The notes under the pieces: generated by a model
What the model was told of the DNA's origin: nothing
The model's database searches: none
Seen by the model: the letters and a program-made list of their open reading frames with translations, nothing else
Part shown: piece after piece, positions 36,644-49,085 of the stretch
Numbering within the stretch: the first letter of the stretch is position 1
Layout: every line of letters starts with the position of its first letter
Assembly (NCBI RefSeq): GCF_006345805.1
Contig: NC_043015.1
Span: 17,670,001-17,734,000, forward strand
DNA length: 64,000 nucleotides
DNA from: Octopus sinensis
Lineage: Eukaryota
Direction: 5' to 3'
Position numbers and translations under genes: made by a program

Positions 36644-37528
36644 ATGTCCAGAGCATGGAGACGTGACGAGCTGGATTTATTCGTACGAGCATGGGAGTGC
36701 GCCGGCGGAGATAGCCCTAGCGAGGTGATTGCGGCTGCGCTGAAGAGCAGAGGCTACAAGAGGACAGCGGCTCAGATGGAGCGAAAGAGACAGGAATTCG
36801 TGCGCTCATATGCGCTTGTACGGTCGCACATTGGCGCACTTGATGCCATCTTTGAGAACGAGCGGGGCAAAGATGGCAAGAATGGAGACGATGAAAGAAG
36901 TCACCCCCACCTGGTGGACGCCCAGGAGGAGGTTTTGAATGAGAAACCTGCCCGGGAAGTGAACCCAGGTGCAAGTTCTCCAACCGGCAGCAAGGGCCAT
37001 GGAGACGGAGAACCCGGTGAAGAGGTAGAGAGAGGAAGAAGAACTAAAAGAAGGACTGGAAGAGCTAAAGGAAAAGAAAAAGCTCAAGCAGGACCAAAGA
37101 GTGAAACAACCAGGAATAGATGTGGAACCGCAAAGGATGGAACCAAACAGCGCACACGGGTGTGTATGTTCTACCTGAGAGGTTCCTGCTGGCACGGAAA
37201 GGAAGGTGCAGGCTGCCGCTTTGCACATCGGGGACCCTGCCACAGAGACACGAGGCAGATGGACAAACCATCAACACAAAGAAAAGGGATGGACTACGCA
37301 CCACCTGCCCCAAAGCGGAGGTACGCAGATGTTGTGCGCGCCACAAACAGTGCTGAGCAACAATCTTTTTTGTGCATGGCACAAAAGATTGTACAGCAGC
37401 TGACCTGGCTTCATCAAACCCAAGCCCGCAGGTGGGACTACCCACTATATACCAGACCACCACAGCAAACAGACACAGGATGGACACCGCCGGCAACAAC
37501 GTACACCTCACCTCGATACTCCTACTGA
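36644..37528 (+). CDS. Intact LINE ORF1 (294 aa): N-terminal Myb/SANT-like (trihelix) domain, charged linker, CCCH zinc finger
   Basis: WRRDELDLFVRAW...IAAALKSRGYKRTAAQMERK fits the W..E...L...W...IA..L...GY.RT..QC..K pattern. CMFYLRGSCWHGKEGAGCRFAH is C-x7-C-x8-C-x3-H at 37163-37228. Confidence 0.8.
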   Translation: MSRAWRRDELDLFVRAWECAGGDSPSEVIAAALKSRGYKRTAAQMERKRQEFVRSYALVRSHIGALDAIFENERGKDGKNGDDERSHPHLVDAQEEVLNEKPAREVNPGASSPTGSKGHGDGEPGEEVERGRRTKRRTGRAKGKEKAQAGPKSETTRNRCGTAKDGTKQRTRVCMFYLRGSCWHGKEGAGCRFAHRGPCHRDTRQMDKPSTQRKGMDYAPPAPKRRYADVVRATNSAEQQSFLCMAQKIVQQLTWLHQTQARRWDYPLYTRPPQQTDTGWTPPATTYTSPRYSY

Positions 37529-40479
37529 ACATCAGAGGACTGCAAACACTCAGTAACAGGACAAAGATCCCGTTCCTGAGAGACTTTGTTGCATGCAATC
37601 AAGCCTTATGCATAGCACTTACAGAAACGCACCTGAAACCGGACATAGCAGATGCGGAGTTACACATACCACAGTATGCTGTACTACGGACCGACAGGAA
37701 AGAAAGGAGTCATGGAGGTGTTGCTATGTACATCCGTGAGGACCTCACACCCCAGGTCCTCTTGTCATACTCAAACTCGGTGTGTGACACACTAATTGTA
37801 CATATTAGGCAACTTGATGTAGTTGTGTGTGCTACATATCGCCCTCCAGATGCCCCAAGCCATGTGGGCAAGTTTGAAGACTGCCTTATAAAAATAGAAG
37901 AAATTCTAACCACATTAGAACAACACATAGGTGTGCTTCTTATGGGAGACTTCAATCTGCCCAATGTCAGATGGCCCGAGGGCCTTCCTCTCCCAGGAAT
38001 GACAAGATGTGAACGAGGACAGGCGAGGTCCCTCCTGAACCTCATCAACACCCTGTACATGGAGCAGGTAATACTCCAACCAACCAGGGCAGGTAACACA
38101 CTGGATCTCTGCTTCACAAATGACATGGATCTCATCCATAATGTGAAAGTGACACCGACACTACTCTCGGATCACACATGATAGAGCTGACCAAAAGAGT
38201 ACGGGCCAAAAGAGAGCACGGACATGCAGCCTACAAGAAACCCTCATAATCTTTCCAGCTTGAACTACCATAAGGCAAACTGGAAACAAATTGAGAAAGA
38301 GATCCTCAAACAAAACTGGCCTAAATGTCTCTCCTCGCCAGACATCGACGTGAAACTTCAACAATTCATGTCTGTAATGCAAGCCATATGCTACAAATGT
38401 GTCCCAGAGAGAAAGGCCACTGTACACAAGAACAAAATCCCCAGAGAGAGGAAAATTTTAATGAGACGGCGTACGAAATTTTCAAATCGCCTAAACAAAC
38501 AGATTGAAAGCAGTGAAAAGTCCCGCCTAAAAATAAAACTGTTGGAAATCGAAAAATGTCTGCAACTCTCCCATGAAAAAGAAAGAGCAGACAAAGAAGC
38601 CTGGGCTATAGAAAACATAAAATCTAACCCCAGAGCTTTCTACAGGTATGCCAAAGAAACAGCTACAGTGCACTGTAGAATAGGGCCACTCCTCGAAAAG
38701 GATGGCACACTTACAGGAAAACCAATGAGGGTAAGTGAAATACTGAATGAGCAATTCAAGAGTGTTTTCACTCCACCACTTGGGCATCTCCAAATCACCA
38801 ATCCAACTGACTTTTTTACCACTGCAGATATAAAATCAGAGGCGGCGACGATAGATTAAATCGATATAAAGGAAGAAGATGTAACCAAGGCTATAGATGA
38901 AATGAAAACAGACTCAGCTACTGGCCCCGATGGATTCCCGGCAATCCTCCTAAAAGCATGTAAGAGAGTCCTAGCAAGACCACTGCAGTTCCTCTTTCAG
39001 AGCTTCCTTGCAGCTGGCAAACTTCCAGGAAAACTGAAGGAAGGTAAAATATGCCCCATTCATAAAGGAGGTAGCAGAGCGGAAGCCAAGAACTATAGAC
39101 CTATCTCTCTGACCTCACACATCAGCAAGGTCATGGAACGAATAGTCAGAAGGAAGCTGATCACCTTCCTTGAAGAGAATGACTTGCTGCCTGACACCCA
39201 ACATGGTTTCCGACCAGGGAGAAGCTGTTTAACTCAGCTCCTACAACACTATGACTGGGTGCTGAAACGGCTGCTCAACCACTCAAATGTGGAAGTGATA
39301 TATCTCGACTTTGCAAAGGCCTTTGATAAAGTCGATCATGGAATGATATGTCACAAACTGCATGATCTCAACATAGTTGGAAAACTGGGAGAATGGCTTC
39401 ATGACTTTCTGAAGGATAGAAGTCAGGTGGTAGTAGCCAATGGGGCCACCTCCATTAACACACAAATAGTGAGCGGTGTTCCGCAGGGCACTGTTCTGGG
39501 ACCACTACTGTTCATAATGGCCCTCTCAGACATGCCCCCAGCCACGCAGAGAGCCACGATCACAAGTTATGCAGATGATACAAAAGTTTCACAGGCAATA
39601 CAGAACCCTGAGGACACTAAACACCTGCAATGTGAGCTGGACGAAATATACAAGTGGGCTGAAAAGAATAGCATGCAGTTCAATGCTGGAAAGTTTCAAG
39701 CTTTATACTATCAGCATGCAAAACTGAATGCAATACCCAATGAATACACTGGACCCGGAGGGATTGCAATCCCAGAGGCACAATCAGTGCATGACCTGGG
39801 TATTCACATGAGTGATGACGCGACCTTTCATGTACATGTTGCTAAACTGACAATGAAATGTAGACGGCTGGCTGGATGGATTCTTAGAACCTTTAGAACA
39901 AGAGAACAAGAAACCATGATGGTCCTCTGGAAGACACTTGTCCTAAGCCACTTTGACTATTGCTCTCAGCTATGGTCACCATCCAGTGTCAAGTTGATCA
40001 CAGAACTTGAGGCGATCCAACGAAGCTACACAAAGAAGATAGCCTCTATGCAGAATGTAAGCTACTGGGAAAGACTCAAGAGATTAAAATTATATTCCCT
40101 GGAGCGTAGGCGGGAAAGATATGCCATAATATACATCTGGAAGATCCTGGAGGGAAGTGTCCTGAACTTTGGCATCGAGAGTTACGCAAATGCCAGAACT
40201 GGGCGCCACTGCGTGGTGCCTAGGACTCCAAACCTGCCATCAAGATGTAGGACAAGATTCTGTGATAGCCTGGGCTTCCTAGGCCCACAGCTCTTCAATA
40301 TCCTCCCGAAGAACCTGAGAGACCTGCATGGGGTGGATACAGATGTCTTTAAAATGAAGCTGGATCTCTTCCTGTCAGGTGTCCCAGATGAACCAACTTC
40401 ACGGCAGGAGGGGCAGATGAGGGCAGCTGCATCGAACTCTCTTATGCACCAAATAGCAGTTGCTAGAAAGCCTCCATGA
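37480..40479 (+). pseudogene. CR1-group (Crack/Daphne-like) LINE ORF2, endonuclease plus RT, near intact; compensating frameshifts near 38177-38224 and a premature TAA at 38857-38859
   Basis: LLNIRGL, LTETHL, YRPP, MGDFNLP, LDLCFTN, SDH; GPDGFP, YRPISLTS, LDFAKAFDKVDH, GVPQGTVLGPLLF, YADD. All three ORF-track segments share one frame. It overlaps the end of ORF1. Confidence 0.93.
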
Positions 40480-40547
40480 AGTGAAACCAAGTAGCAACAC
40501 CAAATGGCGGTGCCCCAGCATGGCCACAGCTCATAAGCTGAAACTAG

Positions 40548-40575
<28 letters not shown>
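40548..40575 (+). repeat. (AATC)7 3' tail of the CR1-group LINE
   Basis: Simple-repeat tail after a ~70-bp 3' UTR. Confidence 0.9.
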
Positions 40576-40578
<3 letters not shown>

Positions 40579-40579
40579 T

Positions 40580-41400
40580 AGTCTTATATCTGATAGTTCC
40601 TCTGCTGTTGACATCTAATTTATTTCTTTTTCTACTTAAAATATCTACAATAGCTGAAAATGCAGATTTCACCATCCATGTGGCAGGGAAAGAAATGATG
40701 CTTGCTTCTACATGTCGAAAAATATTTAGGTGTGATTCCTTTATCAATATGTAGGCAAAGACACCTCTTTTTCAACTCTTCTTCTCAGTTTCATATTCTC
40801 TTTCAAATTCAACAACATTTCAGCCAACTAAAAATTTTCATCTCCAGGCTCAATTTTCTAGATCTACAAACCAGAGTGGATAATCTTTCTTTAATGAATT
40901 ATTGTAGCTTCTCTCAAAGTCTACATGAAGACCTTCAAGATGGGCAATGCATGCAGAAATGCATTCTAATATAGGAACTGTGGTGTTAAAATTTTGAAAA
41001 GATGCCAAATTTTTTCTTTCAAACTGTTTTTTCCAAAATTTTAGTTTCCCCATATAACCCTTTATTTTCTGAGAAAAGGTAACCAAATCTGATTTTCTAC
41101 CTTGTAACTTTAAGTTAAGCACATTCACTGTTCTAAAAATATCACTTGATTAACTATATTTTCTTTTTATTCTTAAAATATTCCCTACCTTTACCAACAG
41201 ATGATGGATGCCTTAATTTCTGGTGCTCCTCCAACTTAACTTTTTTCATGGAATGATTTGTCATGATGGCATCACATTCCAGACACATAGGTTTTGAGTC
41301 TACAGATACAAAACCAAACATGATAAAATCTTCTTTGTAGTTCCTCAGTTTTGCCTTTTTAGCAGTTTGTTCAGATATTACAACTGATCTTAAACAAAAT
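40580..41400 (-). pseudogene. hAT (Charlie/GTF2IRD2-like) transposase remnant; 5' part of the element split by the LINE
   Basis: MNVLNLKLQG...KIKGYMGKLKFWK and EDFIMFGFVSVDSKPMCLEC...HSMKK.KLEEHQ. Confidence 0.75.
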
Positions 41401-41729
41401 TAAAATAATAAATACTTTATTTCTATAAATTAAAAGTATTGTTTAGATCACTAAACAATATTGTGTAGTGATCTATTAAAAAATATCAAATTTATTATGA
41501 AACTGTTGTGATTGTAAAATTTAAATTATGTAATTCTTAATTGTTGTAATACATTATTGATTATATATTATACATTATTGATTCTTATGGAATAATTATT
41601 GAATTTTATTTTCTTCTTATTATTATTCTGTCTTCATATAAATTATTATTAACTAACAGTGTTTTTATTATCGAACAATATTGTGTAGATCTGAAATGGC
41701 TTCAATTTTTTATGGTTACAAATTCTCTG

Positions 41730-44700
41730 GGGAATTTTTCTGATACACACTTGTTTGATTTTGAAGTACATTGACTTGTAGATGTGAAGATTACATTTAC
41801 CAAAGATTTCACTGATATCTCAAGCTTTCTCAGAAAATGTGAAGTTATAAAATGTTGAAGATGAGCATGAAGTTGCTTGGAAATTTAAAAATGAAAAATT
41901 CTTGTTTTTTGATTAACTATATACTTCATGATCTTGAGATATACAATTACGTGTATATTAACCCATGACTTCTAAATCAAACAAGTGTGTGTCAGAGAAA
42001 TGAAAGTCACACATGAGTATATAGTAAATTGGAAAACAAAAATTTTTCCTTAAAAAATTTTCAAGCAACTTCATGCTCATTTTCAACAACTTCAGGTTTT
42101 GTGAGGAAACTTCAAGGTTCAGCAAAATGTTTGGTATATCGTTCAGAGATATCAGTAATTTATTTTAACCAATTACTTGTGCATCCGATATATGTTTATG
42201 AGGAAAATGAAATGTCACAAATAAGTAAATAGTAATTGCAAAATCAAGAATTTTCTTTTCAAATTTTCCACAGAATTTCATGCTGATTTGCAACTTCGTT
42301 TTCTTAGAAATTTTGAGATTTCATTGAAATGTGTGGTAAATATAATTTTCTCATCTAGAAGTGAATTTATATTAATGCATGACTTCTAAATTAAACAAGT
42401 GTGAAATGAAAGTCACAAATGAGTATATAGTAAATCGGATAATAAGAATTTTTCATTTCAAAATCTCCAATTTATGCTGGTTTGCAAGATTTTGCAACAT
42501 CATGTTTTCTGAGAAGACTTGAGATTTCAGTGAAATGTTTGGTAAAAACATTCTTCACCTCTAACAGTTATAGTATATTATCCCTTTACTTCTGAACCAA
42601 ATAAATGTTTTGTCAAAGAAATAGAAAGTCCTGAATGAGTAGAAAGTATACAGGCAAAGAATAATGTTTCAACTTGATGCTTATTTGCAATATTTTGTGA
42701 CTTCACGTTTTCTGACATCTGTCAGTTGAACGAGTGATTGTGAGAAAAATTAAGTCACAAATGAGTAAGTAGTAAATGCGAAAAGAAGAATTTTTCATTC
42801 CAAAATTTCCAAACAACCTTATGATGATTTGCAATAGTTTTCTGAGGAAACTTCAGTGTTCAGTGAAATATTTGGTAAATATATTATTCAGAGCTATCAG
42901 TTAATGTATTTTAATCAATTACTTCTCACTCCGAGATATGTTTATGAGGAAAATGAAATGTCATGAATGAATAAATAGTAAATGCCTAAACAACTATTTC
43001 CATTTTAAAATTTCCAAACAATTCCATGCTGATTTGCAACATTTTGCAACTGCATGTTTTCTAAGAAAGTTTGCGATTTCAGTGAAATGTTTGGTAGATA
43101 TAATCTTCACATCTTCAAGTTAATATATATTAACGCATGACTTCTAAATCAAACAAGTGTGTATCAGAAAAATTAAAGTAACAGATGAGTATATAGTAAA
43201 TCGGAAAAAAGAATTTTTGGTTTCAAAATTTCCAATTTCTTACTGGTTTTTATCATTTTGCAACTTCATGTTTTCTGAGAAAGCTTGAGGTGTCAGTAAA
43301 ATGTTTGGTAAAATTATTCTTCACCTCCTACAGTTAATGTATATTAACCCATTAATTCTGAATCAAACAAATATATGTCAAAGAAATATAAAATTATGTA
43401 TGAGTAAAATGTATACGGACAAAGAATAATGTTTAAATTCAAAATTTTCTAACAATATCATGCTGATTTCCAATATTTTGTGACTTCAGGTTTTCTGATA
43501 CCTGTCAGTTGGGTACGTGATTGTGTGAAAAATTAAAAGTCACAAATAAATAGTAAATGCAAAAAGAAAAAATTTTCATTTCAAGATTTCCAAACAACTT
43601 CATGCTGATTTGCGACATTTTGCAACTTCATGTTTTCTGAGGAAAGTTCAGAGTTCAATGAAATGTTAGGTAAATATATTATTCAGACCGGTCAGGTAAT
43701 GTATTTTAACCAATTACTTCTCCATCCAACACATATGTATGAGGAAAATGAAATGTCATAAATGAGAAAAGAGTAAATGCGAAAAGAAGAATTTTCATTT
43801 CAAAATAATTTCATGCTGATCCGCAACATTTTTCTAAGAAAGCCTGAGGTTTCAATGAAGTGTTTGGTAAATATAATCTTCACATCTACAAGTTAATGAC
43901 CTCTAAATCAGACAACTGAGTGTCAGAAAAATGAAAGTCACAAATAAGTATATATTAAATTGGAAGGCAAGGATTTTTCATTTCAAAATTTCCAAACAAT
44001 TTCATGCTGGTTTGCAACATTTTGCAACTTCATATTTTCTGAGAAAGCTTGAGATTTCAGTGAAATGTTTGGTAAAAACACTCTTCACCTCTAATAGTTA
44101 ATGTATATTAATCCATTACTTCTGAATCAAACAAATGTGTGTCAAAGAAATGTAAAGTCATGAATGAGTAAACAGTATATGGGCAGAGAATAATTTTTCA
44201 ATTAAAAATTTTTCAATTTCGTGTTGATTTGCAACATTTTGTGACTTTACATTTTCTGTTAATGTATATTAAACTTTTACTTCAAAATCCGAGAAGTGTG
44301 TATCAAGAAAAACAAAGTGATAAATGTGTAAGTATTAACTGCGGAAACAAGTATTTCTGATTTCAAAATTTTCAAACACTATCTTGCTGGTTTGCAATAC
44401 TTTTCAACTTTGTTTTCTGAGGAAACTTCAGAGTTCTGTGAAATGTTTGGTAAATACAATCTTTACATCTATCAGTTGATGTATATTAAACTTTTTACTT
44501 CTCAATCCAACAAGTGTGTATAAAAAAAAGTGTGTATATGACAAGTGTTTGTCAGAAACATTAAGTCATAAATGTATAAATTGTAAATGCAAAAACAAGA
44601 ATTTTTAATTTCAAAATTTTCGAATGATTTGATGCTAATTTCAATCATTTTGTGACTTCATGTTTTCTGAGAAAACTTGAGAATTCAGTGAAATGTTTGG

Positions 44701-45128
44701 AAAATATAATATCACATCTATCAGTTAATATATATTAAACCTGTACTTTTCAATCCAACCAATGTGTATCAAAAAGAACAAATTCATAGATGTGGAAATA
44801 GTAAGTGCAAAAACAAGAAATTTTTATTTCAAAACATTCAAATAATTTCATGCTGATTTCCAACATTTTGTGACTTCATTTTTCTGAGAAAGCTAGAGAT
44901 TTCATTGAAATGTTTGGTAAATACAATCTTCATCTCCAACAGTTCATGTATATTAAACCATTACTTCTGAATGAAACAAGTGTGTGTCAAAGAATTATAA
45001 AGTCTTGAATGAGTAAACAGTATATGGGAAAAAAATAATTTTTCGTTTCAAAATCTTCAAAAAGTTTCATACTGATTTCCAACATTTTGTGATTACCTGT
45101 TTTCTGAAAAATCTTGAAGTTTAGTGGT
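41730..45128. repeat. Large satellite block (short minus segment, then plus); at least two monomer subtypes
   Basis: The ATGTTTGGTA anchor recurs with spacings such as 214 (43087 to 43301), 250 and 217 bp. Confidence 0.92.
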
Positions 45129-46742
45129 TGTTGTGTGGACGCCCCCAGACGATAAGTAGGCTAGTCCAATACGTATAGTGTACGTGATAGCTAGTCGTAG
45201 AAGCATTGCGCAGAGTTTTTTAGTTGAGTTGTTGATAACGGAGTGTGTTTATCGTGAGAGCGTTAAATATTTGTTGATATTGTAAATTGTTGGTTTTTTT
45301 CCCCATTGGTGGAACAATGGAGAAAACGCTGGCGAGCGGCCACAACTGGAAATGGAATGGAGGAGGAAGCATTGGAAATGATTGAAGTTGGGGTGGAACC
45401 AGGAAAGGTGAAGGAATGTGAGAGGTTGCTGGTGGGAGAGGGAGATATGTAGAAGTTGGCGCCGCCTGCAGAACTGACAAGCAATGTAACAAAGTGAACA
45501 GTTGTATTTAACTCGATGAAAGGAGCAGCGAGAAGGATGGAGATTGCGACAGTGAAAGAGGTTGAGGAGTGTTTGAGAAGCATGAGGGGACTGACGACAT
45601 TTGTAGCAGGAAGAGAGAGGTACGCCGCCGTTGAGATACGCTTTGTGACTGAGGAAGATGCAACGGAGGCATTAGGATCGTAGGAGTTGGTGCTTCTGCC
45701 TTCGTATTGTGGCAAACGTGCGGCTGGAGTGCGAGTAGGCAAAGTGCCCCCCAGAACTGAAGGAAACATGGCTGTTGACGGCCATAATGTTCAACATGAG
45801 GGATGGGGCCAAGATGTTGAGGGCCACAGGGACACATGGAATCAGCTGCTGGGGATGCAGGATCGAGCTCACTATCCGGGCAGCAATAGAAGACTTAAAT
45901 CGGATTGCTGAGGAGATGGTGCTGCCAGACGACTTGAGATTGAGGGTGGTGGTGGGGAGCAGGCCGCCGGTATGTTTTGCATGTAGGGAGAGGGGCCACA
46001 TGAGGGCGGGGTGTCCACATGGAGAGCAGATGGAAAGGCGTGATAGTGCGGACCGGATGGTGCAGGTGGAGTTGGAGGAAGGAACAGCAGAGGAGAGATT
46101 CATGGTGGTGGAGGGAAAGGAAGGTAGAGGTAGGAGAGTGAGCCCGCTGCCGGGTGGCCAGAAAGAGAGGATGGAAGAGGTGGAAATGAAGGCTGCGACC
46201 AGAAGGAGGGAATACAAAAGGGTGGTGGCGAAGGGGAGTGAGGAGGTGATCGAAAAGGTATTGGAGAGGGAGTTGCAGAGGGAGGAAGCAGTGTTGAAGG
46301 CGCCGGTTGTTCCAGTGAAGGAGGGGGTTCAGGAGTGCAACTGTACGAGGGTGGAGTGGAGATGGAAAAGGAAAAGGTACCAGAAATGGAAGTAGAGAAG
46401 AGAGGAGCAAGAAAAGGGAAAAATAAATGGTATTTCGTAACATATGCAAAAAACAAAGAGACAGAAAGAAAAATTGTAAAATTTAAGCATGTAATAAGAG
46501 TGAGGTTGTCCACGGATATGTATTCCGAAAATATGAAGGCCATTGTGGTCGACAAAGACACATACAAGAGACAGAGAAACATGCGCGGAGATAAGATTGA
46601 CCCGCCCGGAGTGTTGGTGGAGTTTGACGAGCTGCCACCCGTAATTGAACCCAGACACTTGGAGCCTTTCATGAGGTATTAAAAAGGAAAAAAAAAACAA
46701 GAGTAAGTAAAATTATTTTGTTGAAAGAAAAAAGAGAACAGA

Positions 46743-47440
46743 AAAGATCTGGTGTCGAAGAAATTCTTCATGGTAGACACCTGTTGTTGTAGCATTTGGC
46801 CTTTTCGTCTCACTGCAGACAAGCCTAAGCGTTCTTCCATTGTTTTGCACGCCATTGACTCGTCTCCTATAACTACCTTCGGTCAGATTTCTCTGCGCCT
46901 CGTTATTAATCTTCGTTGAGATTTTCAATGGGTTTTCGTCGTCGCTGACATACTGCATCCTATTCTCGGTGCTGATTTCTTGGATCATTTTAATATATTG
47001 GTAGATGTTAGGCGTCGGAGGTTTCTCGACAGTACCACGTCGCTCTCCACGCCGACCAGAGGTTCTACCAATGCGGTTCTTAGCCCGACATATGTTGTTG
47101 CCACCTCTGGAGACGCATTTCATTCTCTTTTGGCTTCATTTACTGAGCTAGTGAACATTACTTTTCAGCTGGCAAAGCCTGCCCACTCGACCCTTCATTT
47201 TATTACCACCACTGGGCTGCCTGTTTTTTCGCGCCCACGGTGCCTTGCGCATGACCGTCTAAAAATGGCTAGGGCCGAGTTTGGGCACATGCTCCAACAT
47301 GGCCTGATACACCCCTCCACCTGCCCATGGGCGTCTCCCCTTCACTTGGCGCGAAATTGGGAGTCTGATTTGTGATCGGTAGGAGATTATCGTCGCCACA
47401 ATGCAGTAACAATACCAGATTGCTACACCCCATATGAATT
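46743..47440 (+). pseudogene. Gypsy pol fragment (aspartic protease and start of RT), a lineage different from the host element
   Basis: FFMVDT..., VADILHPILGADFLDHF, PVFSRPR, PWASPLHL, GDYRR.N. Confidence 0.85.
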
Positions 47441-47720
47441 CTTCAGGGTTAGGGTATCTTTTTTTCTTCGCAAATGTAAATAAACCCAATCTGTTTCTTA
47501 AACGAGGGACATATTCATACAGCACGGAATGTTGTTTACGTCAATGGAGGTCAGCGATTGGTTAAAATTGCCGAAATGCTCGAAATTAAAGTCGAAATAT
47601 GTTACAACATATAGAATTTTCTCAATAAAGCCAAGAAAAAATGATGTTTTATAAACACATTCTACCAGTATACGAAGTTTAAAAGTGTTTAGTTAACTAG
47701 AAATTGTGTTGAAAACTGCC
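47440..47720. repeat. Interspersed repeat related to the reverse complement of 10-95
   Basis: Shared CTTGGCTTT.TTGAGAAAATT...CAATTTTAACCAAT on opposite strands. Confidence 0.55.
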
Positions 47721-47923
47721 GTTCAAAAGGAAATGTGGAAGAAAAAACAACGGAGGAAGGATTCACGGTGGTGGAAAGAAAAAGAAAGAGAAGTGGAAGA
47801 GTGAGCCCGCCGCCAGGCAACCAGAAAAAGAAGAAAGAAGAGGTGGAAATGAAAGCTGCGACCTGAAGGAAGTGTAGTATGAATGGTGAAAGGAGTACAA
47901 CAGAACAAGGAAAGGAATGGAAA

Positions 47924-48151
47924 TGTAATTGGGTCTTACCTGGCCGGAGATGAACTCGGATCGCCTTTAGCCAACTCGCTCGCGTCCTGTCTTCTTGGTG
48001 TCTTCGTCGTGTCTGCGCAACTGGTCAATGCCGCACGTGCGTTCTGTCTGTCACTTCCGCTTCCGCCGGCGCATGCGCCCTGCAAGACCTGCAAGTCCCA
48101 CTTCCGCTCCCCCCCCCCCATTCCGTCACACTCCTTCACCATCACACCACA
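47924..48151. mobile_element. GC-rich 228-bp TG...CA insert, probably a solo LTR, in unit B2
   Basis: TGTAATTGGG...CACCACA with flanks GGAAA / GGAAG (imperfect TSD). Its composition differs sharply from the host. Confidence 0.6.
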
Positions 48152-49085
48152 GGAAGGAAGATAAAAGGGTGGTGGAGAAAGAAAGAGAAAAAGTAATCAT
48201 AAAAGTGTTGGAGAAGGAGTTATAGAAGAAGGAAACAGTGTTGAAGACGCCGGTTATTCCAGCGAAGGAAAAAGATTCAGGAGTGCAACTGTACGAGGGT
48301 GAAATGAAGAAATTGTTCTGAGTGGAGATGGAAAAGGAAAAGGTACCAGAAGTGAAAGTAGAAAAGAGAAGAACAAGAAAAGAAAATAAATGGTATTTCG
48401 TAACATATGCAAAAAACAAAGTGACAGAAAGAAAAATTGTAAAATTTAAACTTATCATAAGAGTGAGGTTACACACGGTTATATATTCCGAAAATGTGAA
48501 GGCCATTGTGGTCGACAAAGACACATACAAGAGACTGAGAAACATGTGCGGAGACAAGCTTGACCTGCTCGGAACGTTGGTGGAGTTGAACTAAGAGACT
48601 TGGAGCCTTTCATGAGGTATTAAAAAGGAAAAAAAGAGTAAGTAAAATTATTTTGTTGAAAGGAAACAAAAAAGGAAAAAGTAAAAATAATTCATGTAAA
48701 ACAAAGAAGAGACAAAAAGATGATTAAGAAAAAACAATAGAAAAATAGAACGATTGTAAATAGTGAGTATAAACGTTCAAATGGTACTGCATGGGAGTGG
48801 GGCCCATGCAGCCATTTCATTTCTTCATTTTTATATAATATCTCATTCTCATTCGTTTTATGTTTTATGCCCCCATTGTGGTGTTGTGTCTGTCCTTGTA
48901 GTGTCCTCCTCTCTGTTGTGGCCGTAGTGCCAAATAAAGAAATAAGCGTCGCGTAGAGAATTTTTGGTGGTTTGTTGTGTTTTGATTTCGCTCACATGTG
49001 AGCTGTTGCTTTGTTTGGTTGAATTGCTGAATTGTTGAAATTGTGATTGTTGAATTTGTAATTTTTTGAATTCATTGAAAATTTT

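Noticed and set aside
36717-38135. Antisense and alternative-frame ORFs over the LINE (for example 37065-37598, 36806-37243, 37710-38135)
   Set aside because: They are shadows of the GC-richer coding strand and have no recognisable motifs.
38176-38860. Stops in LINE ORF2 as possible programmed readthrough or selenocysteine
   Set aside because: The TGA-TAG-...-TGA run is explained by a 1-bp deletion in the SDH.MIEL motif, and the TAA is a simple nonsense change.
46751-46762. TGGTGTCGAAGA as a possible PBS
   Set aside because: It reads in frame as pol sequence (DLVSKKFFMVDT) and has no LTR end upstream.
47445-47455. AGGGTTAGGGT at the Gypsy pol breakpoint as telomere healing
   Set aside because: It is under two repeat units long and may belong to the adjacent interspersed repeat.
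47935-47952. CTTACCTGGC resembling the U1 snRNA 5' end
   Set aside because: Only about 10 bp match and there is no downstream U1 structure or Sm site. It is equally a minus-strand splice-donor-like sequence inside the insert.
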